Shown here: in pieces, positions 26,150 to 38,937 of the stretch
Position numbering within the stretch: position 1 is the stretch's first letter
Layout: every line of letters starts with the position of its first letter
DNA from: Octopus sinensis
Lineage: Eukaryota
Reading direction: 5' to 3'
Length of the DNA stretch: 64,000 bases
NCBI RefSeq assembly: GCF_006345805.1
Contig: NC_042999.1
Location: 87,172,001-87,236,000 of the forward strand
The notes under the pieces: generated by a model
Seen by the model: only the letters and a program-made list of their open reading frames with translations
The model's database searches: none
Told to the model about the DNA's origin: nothing
Translations under genes and position numbers: made by a program

Positions 26150-26521
26150 TAAATACAAAACATCCGGACAACTAGGTGATACAAAAAGGGACATCCAGAT
26201 AGACAATACAAAAAAATAAGGACGGGGTCATTGAAAGCTTTCTATCCTCAGTCAAGAACCGGATCATCCTCGCAATTTCGGCTGATTAGTCTTGAGATTG
26301 CTCCAATCTGGCCAGACCCAAGGAAAAACTAAGCTAAGAGCATTAGATTCCTTGGAAGAAAGCATCAAAAACAAGGACGGAAAAACAGACAATGTTACAC
26401 AAATATAAATACAATAAATACAATATAAAAACAATAAAAATAATAACAGGACATAACAACAGACCCAGAGAGAACGAGCAGTAGACTGCTCAGTCACGCT
26501 CCCTCTGGGTCTGACTGTTGT
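26150..26521. mobile_element. Non-coding dispersed repeat (second copy 30400-30700) ending in a hairpin
   Basis: Shared gagattgctccaatctggcc..ccaaggaaaa.ctaagctaagagca core; hairpin 26456-26521. Confidence 0.65.
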
Positions 26522-26609
26522 CCGTAGAACATTGATATTCTTCCCTGTGTTTGTGAAACTTTTGTATCTCTGCCATAAGGCTTCATTTCCCCACGTGCCA
26601 GCTTAATTC

Positions 26610-28200
26610 AATTTGAAAGACTTGAAAGCCTAGGAATAATCAAGATGGATCACTCAGACTGGGAAGCACCTACAGTCTACGTAAAAAAGAAAAATAGCAA
26701 GTTAAGAGTTTGTGCAAAATTTTCAACAGGTTTGAATGATTGCACATAGCTACCCATTGCCGTGCCCTTAGGAAGTGATTGAAAAGTTTGAATGGAGGGA
26801 AATTCTTCTTAAAACTAGACCTCTTGGAGGCATATCTACAAATCCAAGTAGAAGAAGAATGCTCACATTTATTAACCATCAATACACACCATGACTTATT
26901 TAAATTTAAGCATCTTCACTTTGGTGTGAAAGTGTCTTCTTCCATATTTCAGCAAATAATAGTTACAATACTGGGTGACTGTGATTTTGCTATCACCTAT
27001 TTAGACGATATTCTAATAAAAAATGAATCATGTGAACAACATGTAAAGCACTTTAGAAGGGTATTTGAGAAGATAAGAGAAAATAGTTTCAAGTTAACGG
27101 AAGAAAAATGCGAGTCCTTTATGAAAAAAATTAAATACTTGAGCCAGATAATAGATAAAAATGGATGGAAACCCATCTAGAACAACTGTGATAAAAAATG
27201 TGCCAACACCAAATAATGTAACCATGCTAGAAGCATTCTTGGGTTTAGTAAATTATTATCAAATTTACATTCCCAATATACATAATGTAAGGGTCCTGCT
27301 CAATGATCTGTTAAAGAAAAATACAAAATGGTGTTGGACTGATGTCAGAAGGCATTTGATGAGTTAAAAAGCATTTTAACATCAGACTTATTGTTAACGC
27401 ATTTTGATCCAAAGATGGATATTATATTGGTTACAGATGTGAGTGACTATGGTGCAGAAGCCATACTTCTGCACAAATATGATATTGGTAAATTGTCTAT
27501 AGCCCATGCATCACAATCGTTATTACCAGCTGAAAGGAACTATAGTCAGATAGAAAAGGAAGTCTTAGCAATCATATTTGGTATGAAAAAGTTCCATAGA
27601 TTTAATCATGGAAGAAGTTTCTATCTACAAATGGATCGTTGCCTATTACTGTCAATATACGGTTGTAAAAATGGAATACCAATACACACAGAAAATAGAC
27701 TACAGCAATGGGGCACTACATTATTGAATTATGACTACAAAATGGAATATTTACCGCCAAAAGACCTAGGGCATGTGGATGGTTTGTACAGACTTGCACC
27801 GAAACACTGCAAGCTGTTCAAAGATATGGTAATTGTAGCTTCAAGAGCAGAAGGAGAAATAAAAAATGTAATGGGGAATGTGGTACACAAATTACTAGTA
27901 ACCCTACAAGACATAAAGTGAAATGCAGTAAAGGACAAATTCGTAACAGAAGCGAAAAGAACACTGTGGTCAGGAAAAGTAAATTGGAATAGGATTGGTG
28001 CGAAACAAAACCAAGGCACGAACCTATACTCAATTTGTGATGGCATACTGATGTATGCACAAAGAGTAGTGATATCTGAAATACTACAAAAGAAAACGTT
28101 GAGGGAATTTCATGTTGGACATTTTGGTTAATACATATAGCTATGTATTAACATAGCTACATGTATTGATCAAAAATGGATAGAGAAATCAAAAATTTAG
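26610..28200 (+). pseudogene. Ty3/Gypsy pol remnant (RT, RNase H, integrase Zn-binding), frameshifted
   Basis: WEAPTV..KKN.KLRVC, KLDLLEAYLQI, YLDD, TDVSDYG, NYSQIEKE, LREFHVGH motifs. Confidence 0.9.
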
Positions 28201-28249
28201 TGAAAGGCTGAAAAGGATGTTGGCCGTAGAGTATTGGGCCTCATAGAGG

Positions 28250-28632
28250 CAATGTGGCCAATACCGGTGTTGCATAATTAGCACCTGTGCCAGTTGCACG
28301 TAAAAAGCACCTTTTGAGAATTGGGCCTCATGGAGGCAGTGAAAATGATTGAGACCTTTGGCAATATGTGCCATGCTTGAGTAGAAGACTCATGAAGACA
28401 AGTGAAATCATAGTCCTGACAGATACTGGTGTCATGCAACTGGCACCCATGCTGGTGGCATGTAAAAACACCCATCACTCTCTCAGGGTGACTGGTATTA
28501 GGAAGGGCATCCAGCCACTGAAACCATGCTAGATCAGACTGGAGTCTGGTGCAGTCCCTCAGCTTACCAGCCCTGGCCAAACCATTCAGCCCACGCCAGC
28601 ATGGACAATGGACATTCAATGATGATGACGAT
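28250..28632 (+). mobile_element. RTE-LINE 3' end
   Basis: Shared tail ending in (GAT)n. Confidence 0.75.
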
Positions 28633-28643
28633 ACATACATACA

Positions 28644-28677
<34 letters not shown>

Positions 28678-28690
28678 CATACATACATAT

Positions 28691-28774
<84 letters not shown>

Positions 28775-28822
28775 AATAAATGAAAGAATGGAGTCGAACG
28801 ACGATTTAACAAAATTCCTTTA

Positions 28823-28905
28823 TTCTCAACATATGTTTCGAAGACTGCATATTCTCAATTCCGAAGGAATAAAGGGTGCATTATGCTGCCTTCTCATCAG
28901 GAAAA
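28823..28905 (-). ncRNA. Type-I hammerhead ribozyme, same family as the 25.2-25.5 kb pair
   Basis: Reverse complement ttttc-CTGATGA-gaagg...tcttc-GAAAC-atat-GTT-gagaa. Confidence 0.8.
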
Positions 28906-29379
28906 ACAAGGAACTTATGTCAGCATCATGACGAACAAAAACTTTTAGATGACTGCCCACACGGAGTCCATAGTGATAATATATATATATGATTGTATTT
29001 GGTGCATGAGAGTCAGAGAATTTTTTTTTCAGTTTCTTTTCCTTTTTTAGGATGATCTTGATAAAAGGTAGAATAAACAAATCGCTTGGAGGACTCACAC
29101 AGGGACTTATTCAAAGTGGTAATGGCTTGTGTGGGATCATTCACACTCTTTTGATATCGCTGATAGTAACACCTGGTGCAACTATGTTATGAGACTTATG
29201 AACAGCTGACCTCAAATGGATGGTCATTGACTCTCAGAAGTTCCTCTGCCCTTTGACGAGTCTTGTTTTTCCTCCTACAGGATAATTGCCCTCCTCACCA
29301 AGGTGGGGTTGCTGTTTTAGTTGCCAATGACCTGACCTTGTGACAGATTGGATTGGTTTATGTGTTACAAGTAGCCCTC

Positions 29380-29522
29380 AAAGAGTGAAGCTTGCTTCCT
29401 AACCACATAGTTCTGGGTTCAGTTTCACTATATGGCACTTTGGGTAAGTGTCTTCTACTGTAGCTTCAAGCACTGACCAAAGCCTTGTGAGTGGATTTGG
29501 TAGACAAAATCTGAAAGAAGCT

Positions 29523-29571
<49 letters not shown>

Positions 29572-29820
29572 CATAAATATATATAAATATGTATGTATAT
29601 GTATATCTCTATGTGTGTGTGTGTCATTGTGCCTGAGTTTGTCCCCCACCACCACTTGACAACCAGTGCTGGTGTATTTACGTCCTTGTAACTTAGCAGT
29701 TTGGCAAAAAGAGACCAATAGAATAATTACTATGCTTAAAAAAATGTCCTGGGATCAATTTGCTCAACTAAAATCCCTCAAGGCAGTGCCCCAGCATGGC
29801 CTCAGTAAAAGATAAAAGAT
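29380..29820 (+). mobile_element. tRNA-derived SINE, family B
   Basis: Both halves around an internal TA/GT microsatellite. Confidence 0.75.
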
Positions 29821-29931
29821 TGATATATATATATAGTGAATCCAAAGAAAGAACAAACATGAAAAAACAGTAATGCAAGGACGTGGTACAAGTACTGCAT
29901 TATCAGACGCTCAGGAAAGGACAGAAAGAGG

Positions 29932-29966
29932 ATTTTACGTTTTGAGCAAAGCTTTTCTTCAGAAAT
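29932..29966 (-). ncRNA. Degenerate compact hammerhead (G12 lost by CpG decay)
   Basis: Reverse complement attt-CTGAAGA-a-aagc-ttt-gctc-AAAAC-GTA-aaat. Confidence 0.5.
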
Positions 29967-30152
29967 AGAGGAAAGTCCAAAGGAAGGAAAGATGGAGGAC
30001 AAATTGTAATGACTCCGAACTGGTATAATCCGAATGAACAGGAACAGTAATCCGATGGTAGAAGAATTCCATGAATTAAGTACTCCAAAGTCAGTCAGAA
30101 GGCCAGGATCCATGTGAGTGTGCAGTATATAGTTTAATGCAAACAAAGAACA

Positions 30153-30221
<69 letters not shown>

Positions 30222-30259
30222 GTATATATGTATATATATATATTATATATATATACATG

Positions 30260-30383
<124 letters not shown>

Positions 30384-30859
30384 TTATAAAATACAAAAAT
30401 TGGGACAAGAATGCAAAACATCTGGACAGACGATATAAAGAAAACAAGGATCAGTCATTCGGAGTTTTCTTTCCTCAGTCAAGTTCAAAATTTTCTTTGC
30501 AATTTTGGCTGGTTATACTCGAGATTGCTCCAATCTGGCCAACCCCAAGGAAAATCTAAGCTAAGAGCACTAAATTCCTTGGAAGAAAGCAGCGAATGTA
30601 TATGAAAACAAGGATGGAAAAAAATGGAGAAATGGTACACAAATACAAATAACAGGACATTAACAACGGGTGTCTTTCGGCTACACACAACAGACATCTT
30701 TCAGGTTTTGTCAACTAATTCCACTCACAAAGCTTTGATAAGCCTGGAGCTATAGAAGACATGAAGACTTTTGCCGCACATGCTGCTCAGTGGGACTGAA
30801 TCCCAGACCACATAACTGGAAATTTAAAAAATTTCTTACATAATTTCACATTACATTTG

Positions 30860-31070
30860 ATGTTAATTTCAATTTTTGGCACAAGGCCAGTAATTTTGGG
30901 GGAAGGGAATAAATCGATCACATCGACTCCAATGCTCAACTGGTACTTATTTTATTAACTCCAAAAAGTAAAAAGGCAAAGTCAATCTTGGCGGAATATG
31001 AACTCAGACCGTAAAGACAGACGAAATGCCACTAAGCATTTTGCCCAGCACAGTAGTGATTCTGCCAGTG
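30860..31070 (-). mobile_element. tRNA-derived SINE, family C
   Basis: Same motifs as 5555-5760. Confidence 0.75.
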
Positions 31071-31467
31071 TGTCACTATACATTACAAATGATATTACCA
31101 ATATAAAGAACTGGTGTAACCTCACTTTTAATACTTTAGTTAGAACTTGTATGACAAGTAACCAGCTACTAAACATATAACTTCTAGAATTGTCACACAT
31201 GATTCACAACTCTGTTGTTTTCAGCATTTTCTGATTCTCATGTAGAAAAGTCTAATCTCAGCATTCTGAACTACCAGAACCACTTATTCATTTCCTGTCA
31301 GTTCAGATTCCTGGACAACCAAATTGCTAATTTTTTTTCTTTTTTTTTATGCTTCTTACTTGTTCTGGTGTAAGGTAAGTGGGTCACGGAAAGATATTTT
31401 TAAAGTTAACTGTTATAGTGGAAAATGTTTTCTTTCTCTTTTATATATGTATTTATATATGTATGTA

Positions 31468-31684
31468 TGAGGTGATGCTGAAAAGTTCCTAGCTTTGGGT
31501 AAAAGAAAATACAAGATGATCAGTTAGTTATTGTTTTATTCAACATATTCCCCTCTCAGATTCACACAGTTATTGCAGCAGTCCCTCAGTTTTTCTAAGC
31601 CCTGTAAAAGAACTCAGAAGGATGGGTCTCCAACTAGGAACTTTTGAGATATACTTAAAGCCAAGAACTTTTCAGTACACCCTG
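31468..31684. mobile_element. Mariner-type MITE
   Basis: ~28-bp TIRs (tgaggtgatgctgaaaagttcctagcttt / aaagccaagaacttttcagtacaccctg), TA on both flanks. Confidence 0.85.
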
Positions 31685-31713
31685 TATATATATACATATA
31701 TATGTATGTATGT

Positions 31714-32036
31714 CATTATTCAGTTTATTTCAAGATTTTTTGCCAATAGAGAAAGAACTGATTTCTAACCTATATCTAAGTTCCTTCATTGGAATTTCAA
31801 TGTATTTTTGTTTGTATGTATGTTTTATGTTTATGTTCTCATGCATATAGTTGCGTAACTAGACATGCTCATATATATTTAAATGATAAACTTCTGGCAA
31901 GTTTTACAGATTTTTACAGTTCCAGTGAGGGATTGGATCTGTAGTCTTTGAATTAGCTTTCTCCTTTCTGGTTTTGAAAAGCCTAATTTCTTAAGATTGG
32001 TATTTAGGCAATGTGTTACATATCCCAGGGTCCCAA
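31714..32036 (-). mobile_element. 3' end of a second R4/Dong-like family
   Basis: Minus frame LGTLGYVTHCLNTNLKKLGFSKPERRKLIQRLQIQSLTGTVKICK parallels the C-terminus of the 9.1/37.1 kb copies; (TATG)n on both sides. Confidence 0.75.
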
Positions 32037-33240
32037 ATGTATGTATGTATGTACGTATGTTGGGGCATCCTTCTAGGAGAAGGTAACTCAGGTAACTGGG
32101 ATAACTCCGACATAAAACCTGTGGCTCAGTGGTTACCGATGATGTTGACTTGTTCTTCTTTTCGGATAATGGCTGCTGTTGCTTAGTGAGTGGGATTGAC
32201 TCAATGCGCAGCCTTTCCTCACTTTAAAGAAAAATCTTCTTGCACAGGCATTGCATGATAACAACAGTGATTAAGCTTCGTGCAATGGCCATACTCGATA
32301 ACAAGGGGGCAGCCACCATGTATGTATGCATGAATGTATGCATGTTTATCCGTGTGTGTGTGTGTGCGTGTATGAGATTGTGTGTGTGTGTATGATTGAT
32401 GATTGTGTGTATGTATGTGTGTGTGATTTGTGTTAGTGTGTGCATGTATGTATGTATATATAGGTATGTAAGTAAGTATGTATGAATATAAGAATGCGAG
32501 TACATATGAATGTATGAATGTATGTGTACACATGTTTAGGAATGTATGTTATTACATAATAATTATGTGTACTTCGCTGAAATCAGAATAGCAATCCAAT
32601 TTTGCTTGAATTGATACTTCGTACTAGTGTTTATGCACACATACATACAGACATGCACACACACATACACACACACACACGCATGCATATATGATGATGA
32701 TCATGATGATCATGATCATAATCCTTACAGTGATGATGGTGATAGTAACCATAACTGAGATATAATGTCATTACTTTTAACGACAATTATGTTTAATTAC
32801 CATTATATCTTAATTGCTATTATATTTTCTAATTCTACTATATGCATATATTACATTATATAGGAAAATGCAGAAACACACACACACACATACACACACA
32901 TACACACAAATACAACACATACACACACACATGCACATGCACACACACTCACATACATACACACACACATTCATTTGTTCATTTAAATTCTGATATTTCA
33001 TGCTAGCATGGGTTAGATGAGGACTTACTTGAAACAGGATTTTATTGCTGGATTCCTGTCACCAACCCATGCATAACTTCAAGTAAGATATTTTTTTTTC
33101 CATAGTTTTTTGAAAGCAGAAAAAAATGTAACCCCACTCTCAACAAAGAATGCAAACACCATATCACCATTTTACTCAAAGTGTAACAAGCAAAGCTGCT
33201 GTATAGAAATGCTCATGTACATTTGTCTTCATGCATGCAT

Positions 33241-33279
<39 letters not shown>

Positions 33280-33652
33280 CATTTTTATAACCATACATAT
33301 ATACACCGGGCTTCCTACAGTTTCCATCTAGAAAATTTATTCACAAGGCTCAGGTTGTCTTAGACCTGTAGTGAAGGCATTTGCACAAGTTGCAATGCAA
33401 CAGGACCAAAATAAACACCATATGACTGTGAGGCAAAGTTATTGATTACACAGCATTGCCTGTGACAATAGCCATGCTTAAACTTCCATTTATCAGTCCA
33501 TTTATCCATCCATCCATCAATACATACATACGATTGATATATATATATATCAACACACACACAGGTGTGTCCATGTATTTTTGTATGTATTTTTTTTTTT
33601 TTTGGGAAAAAAAAATACATACAAAAATACATGGACACACCTGTGTGTGTGT

Positions 33653-33705
<53 letters not shown>

Positions 33706-33711
33706 TACATA

Positions 33712-33766
<55 letters not shown>

Positions 33767-33771
33767 TCATC

Positions 33772-35460
33772 ATCGTTTAATGTCTCCTTTCCATACTGGC
33801 ATATGTTGGACAGCCTGAGGACTGGCAAGGTTTCTACAACTGGATGCCCTTCCTAATACCAACCACTTCGAGAATGTAGTGGGTACTTTTTATGTGCCAC
33901 TGGCACAAGGGCCAATCAGGTAGTACTGGCATCGACCATGCCTGAATGGTACATTTTACATACCACCAGCACTGGAGCCAGTCAGGCAACACTGACAATA
34001 ACCATGCTCAAATGGTGCTTTTTACATGCCACTGGGCATGGAATCAATCAGGTGGTGCTGGCATCGACCACATTTGAATAGTGCCTTTACATGCCACCGG
34101 CACAGGTGCCAGTCAGGCAGTACTGGCATCAGCCATGACAATGATTTTACTTGACTCAACATGTCTTCTCAAGCACAGTTTATTGCCCAATGATTGAAGG
34201 GTACACTATAAATGGGCTGGTTATGCTACACTGTCATAGGCCATGGTTACAGTCCACTTGGCTTGTCAGGTCTTCTCAACCACAGCATGTCTTCAAAGGT
34301 CTCAGTTGCTTGTCATTGTCTCCCTAAGGCCCAACGTCTTGTTTGCACCCCACATCTGATGCTTCTTATGTCTCTCAGGGCACTTACACTCTGTGCATAT
34401 TGACATTACACATTCAGTGAAGCATATGCAAATATACATATATCATCATCATCATCATCATCATCATCATCGTTTAACGTCCGTTTTCCATGCTAGCATG
34501 GGTTGGACGATTTGACTGAGGTCTGGCAAACCAGATGGCTGGACCAGACTCCAATCAGATCTGGCAGAGTTTCTACAGCTGGATGCCCTTCCTAATGCCA
34601 ACCACTCTGAGAGTGTAGTGGGTGCTTTTATGTGCCACCAGCATGAGGGCCAGTTCAGTGGCACTGCAATGACCTCACTCGAATGCTTTTTCACGTGCCA
34701 CCAGCACAAGTGCTAGAAAGGTGATGCAGGTAATGATCACGCTTGAATGGTGTTTTTAATGTGCCATCGACACAGAGGCCAGCTTGTTGCTCTGGCAACG
34801 ATCTCACTCGTATGGTACTCTTAGCACTCCACTAGAACAGATGCCAGTCATCGAATTTGATTTCAATTTCGATTTTGATTTCACTTGCCTCAACAGGTCT
34901 TCGCAAGCAGAATTTAGTGTCCAATGAAGGAAAAGCATGCATAAGTGGACTGGTTACACTCCTGGCATAGGCCACAAGGTTATGGTCTCACTTGCACTTG
35001 CTGAGTCTTCTCAAGCACAGCATATTTCCAGAGGTCCTGGTCACTAGTCATTGCCTTGGTGAGGCCCAATGTTTGAAGGTCATGCTTCACCACCTCATCC
35101 CAGGTCTTCCTGGGTCTACCTCTTCAACAGGTTCCCTCAACTGCTAGGGTGTGGCACTTCTTCACACAGCTATCCACATCCATATACATATATATATATA
35201 TATATACACACATCATCATCATCATCATTTAACATTCGCTTTCCCTGCTTGCATGGGTTGGACAGTTCAATGACTGGCAAGCCAGGTGGCTGCACCAGAC
35301 TCCAATCAGATCTGGCAAAGTTTCTACAGCTGAATGCTCTTCCTAATACCAACCACTCCAAGAGTGTAATGGGTGTTGGTATGTGCCACCAGCACAGGAA
35401 CCAGTCAGGTAGCACTAGCATCAACCATGCTCAAATCGTAATTTTTATGTGACACTGGCA
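33772..35460 (-). mobile_element. Cluster of three RTE-LINE 3' fragments (33772-34400, 34470-35170, 35228-35460)
   Basis: Each begins with (CAT)n plus the shared tail; internal ~66-bp subrepeats. Confidence 0.75.
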
Positions 35461-36645
35461 CAGAAAAGAAATAGTTCAACATCATGCAGTTATATAGATA
35501 CATAAGATATATGTAGACTGAGGAAAGAGGAGGGAAGGGGGAGAAGTAGGATGGAATTTAGGTCCTTCCTAACCATAAATGTGCAGTGGTGTAGGTAATG
35601 ACAGTCATGCAAAGAAGCATTGTGCCAAGATATGTGGTAGAAAGGGCTCAGTAGATGGAGCTATAAATCAACAGCTGCAAAAGGGTTTGCTCTGTGATAG
35701 ACCATGTTATGGGGCAAAGGTGGATGCCTGTATACTCATATACATTCATATAGATTAAAGTAAAAATGTAAAACAAACCACTTGAAAAAGACATGTAATT
35801 TAGATAGAAAATATAGATATACAGTGTCTCTTACAGCTGTTTCTAGAATAACCAAGTATGTGAATCATCATATTGAGTAAGGAAACAACTGAGCACTCAT
35901 GCTACATACCTATTATTTAAAGTCAGTTGTTGAAAACTCCTTATATATTCATACATACATAATAATTATCCCATCTTCACTGATGATTGTTGTCTCCTTG
36001 TGTTTCCACATTGTCAAAGGCATTTCTAACTTTCCATCCATGACCTCTCAAATAACTTTTCTGTCCCATTGCAGATCTGCATGATTTCAAACATAGGTGA
36101 CAGACAAAATTTGTAACTTACTGTGTACTTCCAACTGGTTAGTTCTGAACATGTTTCCCCCTGTACTATTGCCATATGACATTCAATAGATGGAATGACA
36201 AATGAGGTCACCATAAAAAGACATCCATTTGTCATTGGATTATGGTAATAAAAACTTGTACAACTTGAATACCACTCTCTTTGCCTCCATGATTAGTACC
36301 GACTGACAGGTTGAAGCAAGATAACTAATAACTATATGAAACTGCAGGTTTTACATCTAAGTGTTCCTCTCTTCGAAGGATACTGTGACAACAGCTAGGA
36401 ATCCCTCGCCCCAAGTGATTCTACTGCTTGCCCTGACACCAGCCAAGAGTATTTCTGCATCCCTGTACTCAGATGGAACGTCATCGCATATGCTAGTTAA
36501 CCCTTAACTGGGACTCTGACAAGTGCCACTACTCTAGATCAGAGTAGAAAATAATGGCTAAGGAGTGATTTCATACTCTTCAAAACCCCGGAGCTCCCGA
36601 ACCAGAGCTACTGGATGCAATTTAAAGCCATACCTAGGACTATGT

Positions 36646-36677
<32 letters not shown>

Positions 36678-36699
36678 ACACACATGTACATACATACAT

Positions 36700-37020
36700 A
36701 GGAAAGAGTAAAAATTCCCTTCAGTCATGAATGACCATGGAATTACACCTAGAAAGGTCCCCTCCAAGGCACAAGTCCAGGCAATGTTGTTTATGGAAGA
36801 CCATCAGTCACCTGTGCATACCAGCCTCCCCTTTCCATGCCACCAATATTCTCCTACAGAAAGGTAAAGGCCAATACAGCTCGGCACCAGTGATATCGCA
36901 AATCATTTCTACAGCTGAGTGAACTGAAGCAACATGAAATAAAGTGTCTTGCTCAAGAACACAACACAGCCCAGTCTGGGAATCAAATTTACTACCTCAT
37001 GATTGTGAGCCCGACACTAC
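36700..37020 (-). mobile_element. tRNA-derived SINE, family D (second copy 41385-41745)
   Basis: ctacagctgagtgaact..gtcttgctcaagaacacaacac..gggaatc core; tRNA B-box-like head. Confidence 0.75.
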
Positions 37021-37071
37021 ATACATACGCATAGATACATGCATACATACATACATACATACATACATACA

Positions 37072-37102
<31 letters not shown>

Positions 37103-37105
<3 letters not shown>

Positions 37106-37339
37106 AATGCTTAATGGAAAATCTGGATAAACTGGGATTTTCAGAAAGAGAAATTGACCAGCTAATTCATACATTACAAGTGCAATCTGTGAGTGGAACA
37201 GTGAAAATATTCAAGACTTTTCTCAAGTTCCAAATATGAATTTGTCTGTGTTAGCTACATCCCAAAGATGGAGTTTTGTATCTTTGTTGGAAACCAGCTC
37301 CCTCCTCAGTGGAAGTATTATAATTAAAAAATAGAAGAG
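37103..37339 (+). mobile_element. Short 3' end of the R4/Dong-like family seen at 9131-10406
   Basis: Reverse complement of 9131-9370; same 3' terminus aatagaagag; (CATA)n on both sides. Confidence 0.85.
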
Positions 37340-37371
37340 ACATACATACATATCATCATCATCATCATCGT

Positions 37372-37765
37372 CGTCGTTTAATGTCCGTTTTCCATGCTAG
37401 CATGGATTGGATGATTTGACTGAGGACTGGCGAACCAAATGGCTGCACCAGGCTCCAATCTTGATTTGGCAGATGGATGCCCTTCCTAACACCAACCACT
37501 CCAAGAGTGTAATGGGTGCTTTTACATGCCACTGGCATGAAGGCCAGTCAGGCGGTACTGGTAACAGTCACGGAATTTTTTTTTTTACGTGTCACCTGCA
37601 CACCGGCACAAGTGCCAGTAAGGTGACATTGTTAACAATCACGCTCGAATGGTGCTTTTTACGTGCCACCGGCACGAACGCCAGTCAGCTGCTCTGGCAA
37701 TGATCATGCTCGGATGGTGCTCTTAGTGCTCCACTAGCATGGATGCCAGTCATCGAAATTGATTT
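37372..37765 (-). mobile_element. RTE-LINE 3' end
   Basis: Shared tail plus 3 subrepeats. Confidence 0.75.
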
Positions 37766-38877
37766 CATAGATGCAAACAAATTGATATGCATTTATTTCC
37801 AATGGATTCAAAAAGAAAACCTTTTAAATGATTGGCAGAACTTTGCTATTCTACATATCATTTAATATATGAATTGATAGAGATTTTCTGTAATTTTCAT
37901 TAGCAGATCCCAGTATTTCTATATTAATACCATTATTATAAAGACATGCTTTTGTGATACTGCTCTTATTATTTAGATATGGTTTTGAATGATATAGCTA
38001 TGAGTAGAAATATATGAATATGTGTGTCTATAGAAAAAGTTGAACATTCTCAAATGATTGGGAAACCAGCTCATCATATATTGTTACCTAATTCCTATAT
38101 TTACTTGTGTATCAGATATTCTGTAAAATCTGTTTTTTCATGCAATAGAATGTTCGACAGCTGTCGAAGTATATTTTATGCTTTTCTTTCACAGCGTTTA
38201 TCAGAAGTACAATATTGATATTGTCTTTTATATATAAATTGCCAATAACAGTTCGTGGTCCTCTGATCTTTATATCAATATTACGTATTTGTCTGGTGTC
38301 ATGAAAGCATTAATACTGTTATCTGGTATTGATAATTCAGTTAGGCCTGTTTTATAGCATTTTCATATCTAACAGGGTTTTATATATATTATATATCATC
38401 ATCATCATCATTTAGTGTCCATCTTCCATGCTTGCATGGGTTGGTTGGTTTGACAAGGATCCAATGAGTCAAAAGCCTGAATTGTACTTTAGTGTCTGTT
38501 TTGAAATAGTTTCTACAGCTGGATGCTGTTCATTAGAACTATAAATATGAATATATACATATAAAAATAGAAATATTACATTTCTAAACCTCTCAGAGAG
38601 AGAGAGTAATACAGTAACAGCTTGATAAAGTGATTGTTTGTTGCCAACTTAATGTGGCAGTCCCAGGAAAGGGAAGAATGTTACTGTTATTTAGCTCCAA
38701 GAAACACCATTTCTAGTTGACTATGCAGCACAAGCATTCTGTGTCCTTAAGTTTTCAAACTTAAGGACACAGAACGCTTGCGTCACGTAGCCAACTAGAA
38801 ATTATGTTTCTTGGGGCTAAATAACAGTAACATTTTTCCCTTTCCTGGGACTGCCAATTAAATTGGCAACAAGTATC

Positions 38878-38937
<60 letters not shown>

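Noticed and set aside
26225-26290. Hammerhead in the 26.2/30.4-kb repeat family (minus-strand CTGAGGA and GAAAT)
   Set aside because: Stems I and II could not be paired consistently in either copy
29100-29370. HDV-like ribozyme in a possible LINE 5' fragment (tgccctcctcacc)
   Set aside because: P1/P3 pairings could not be built
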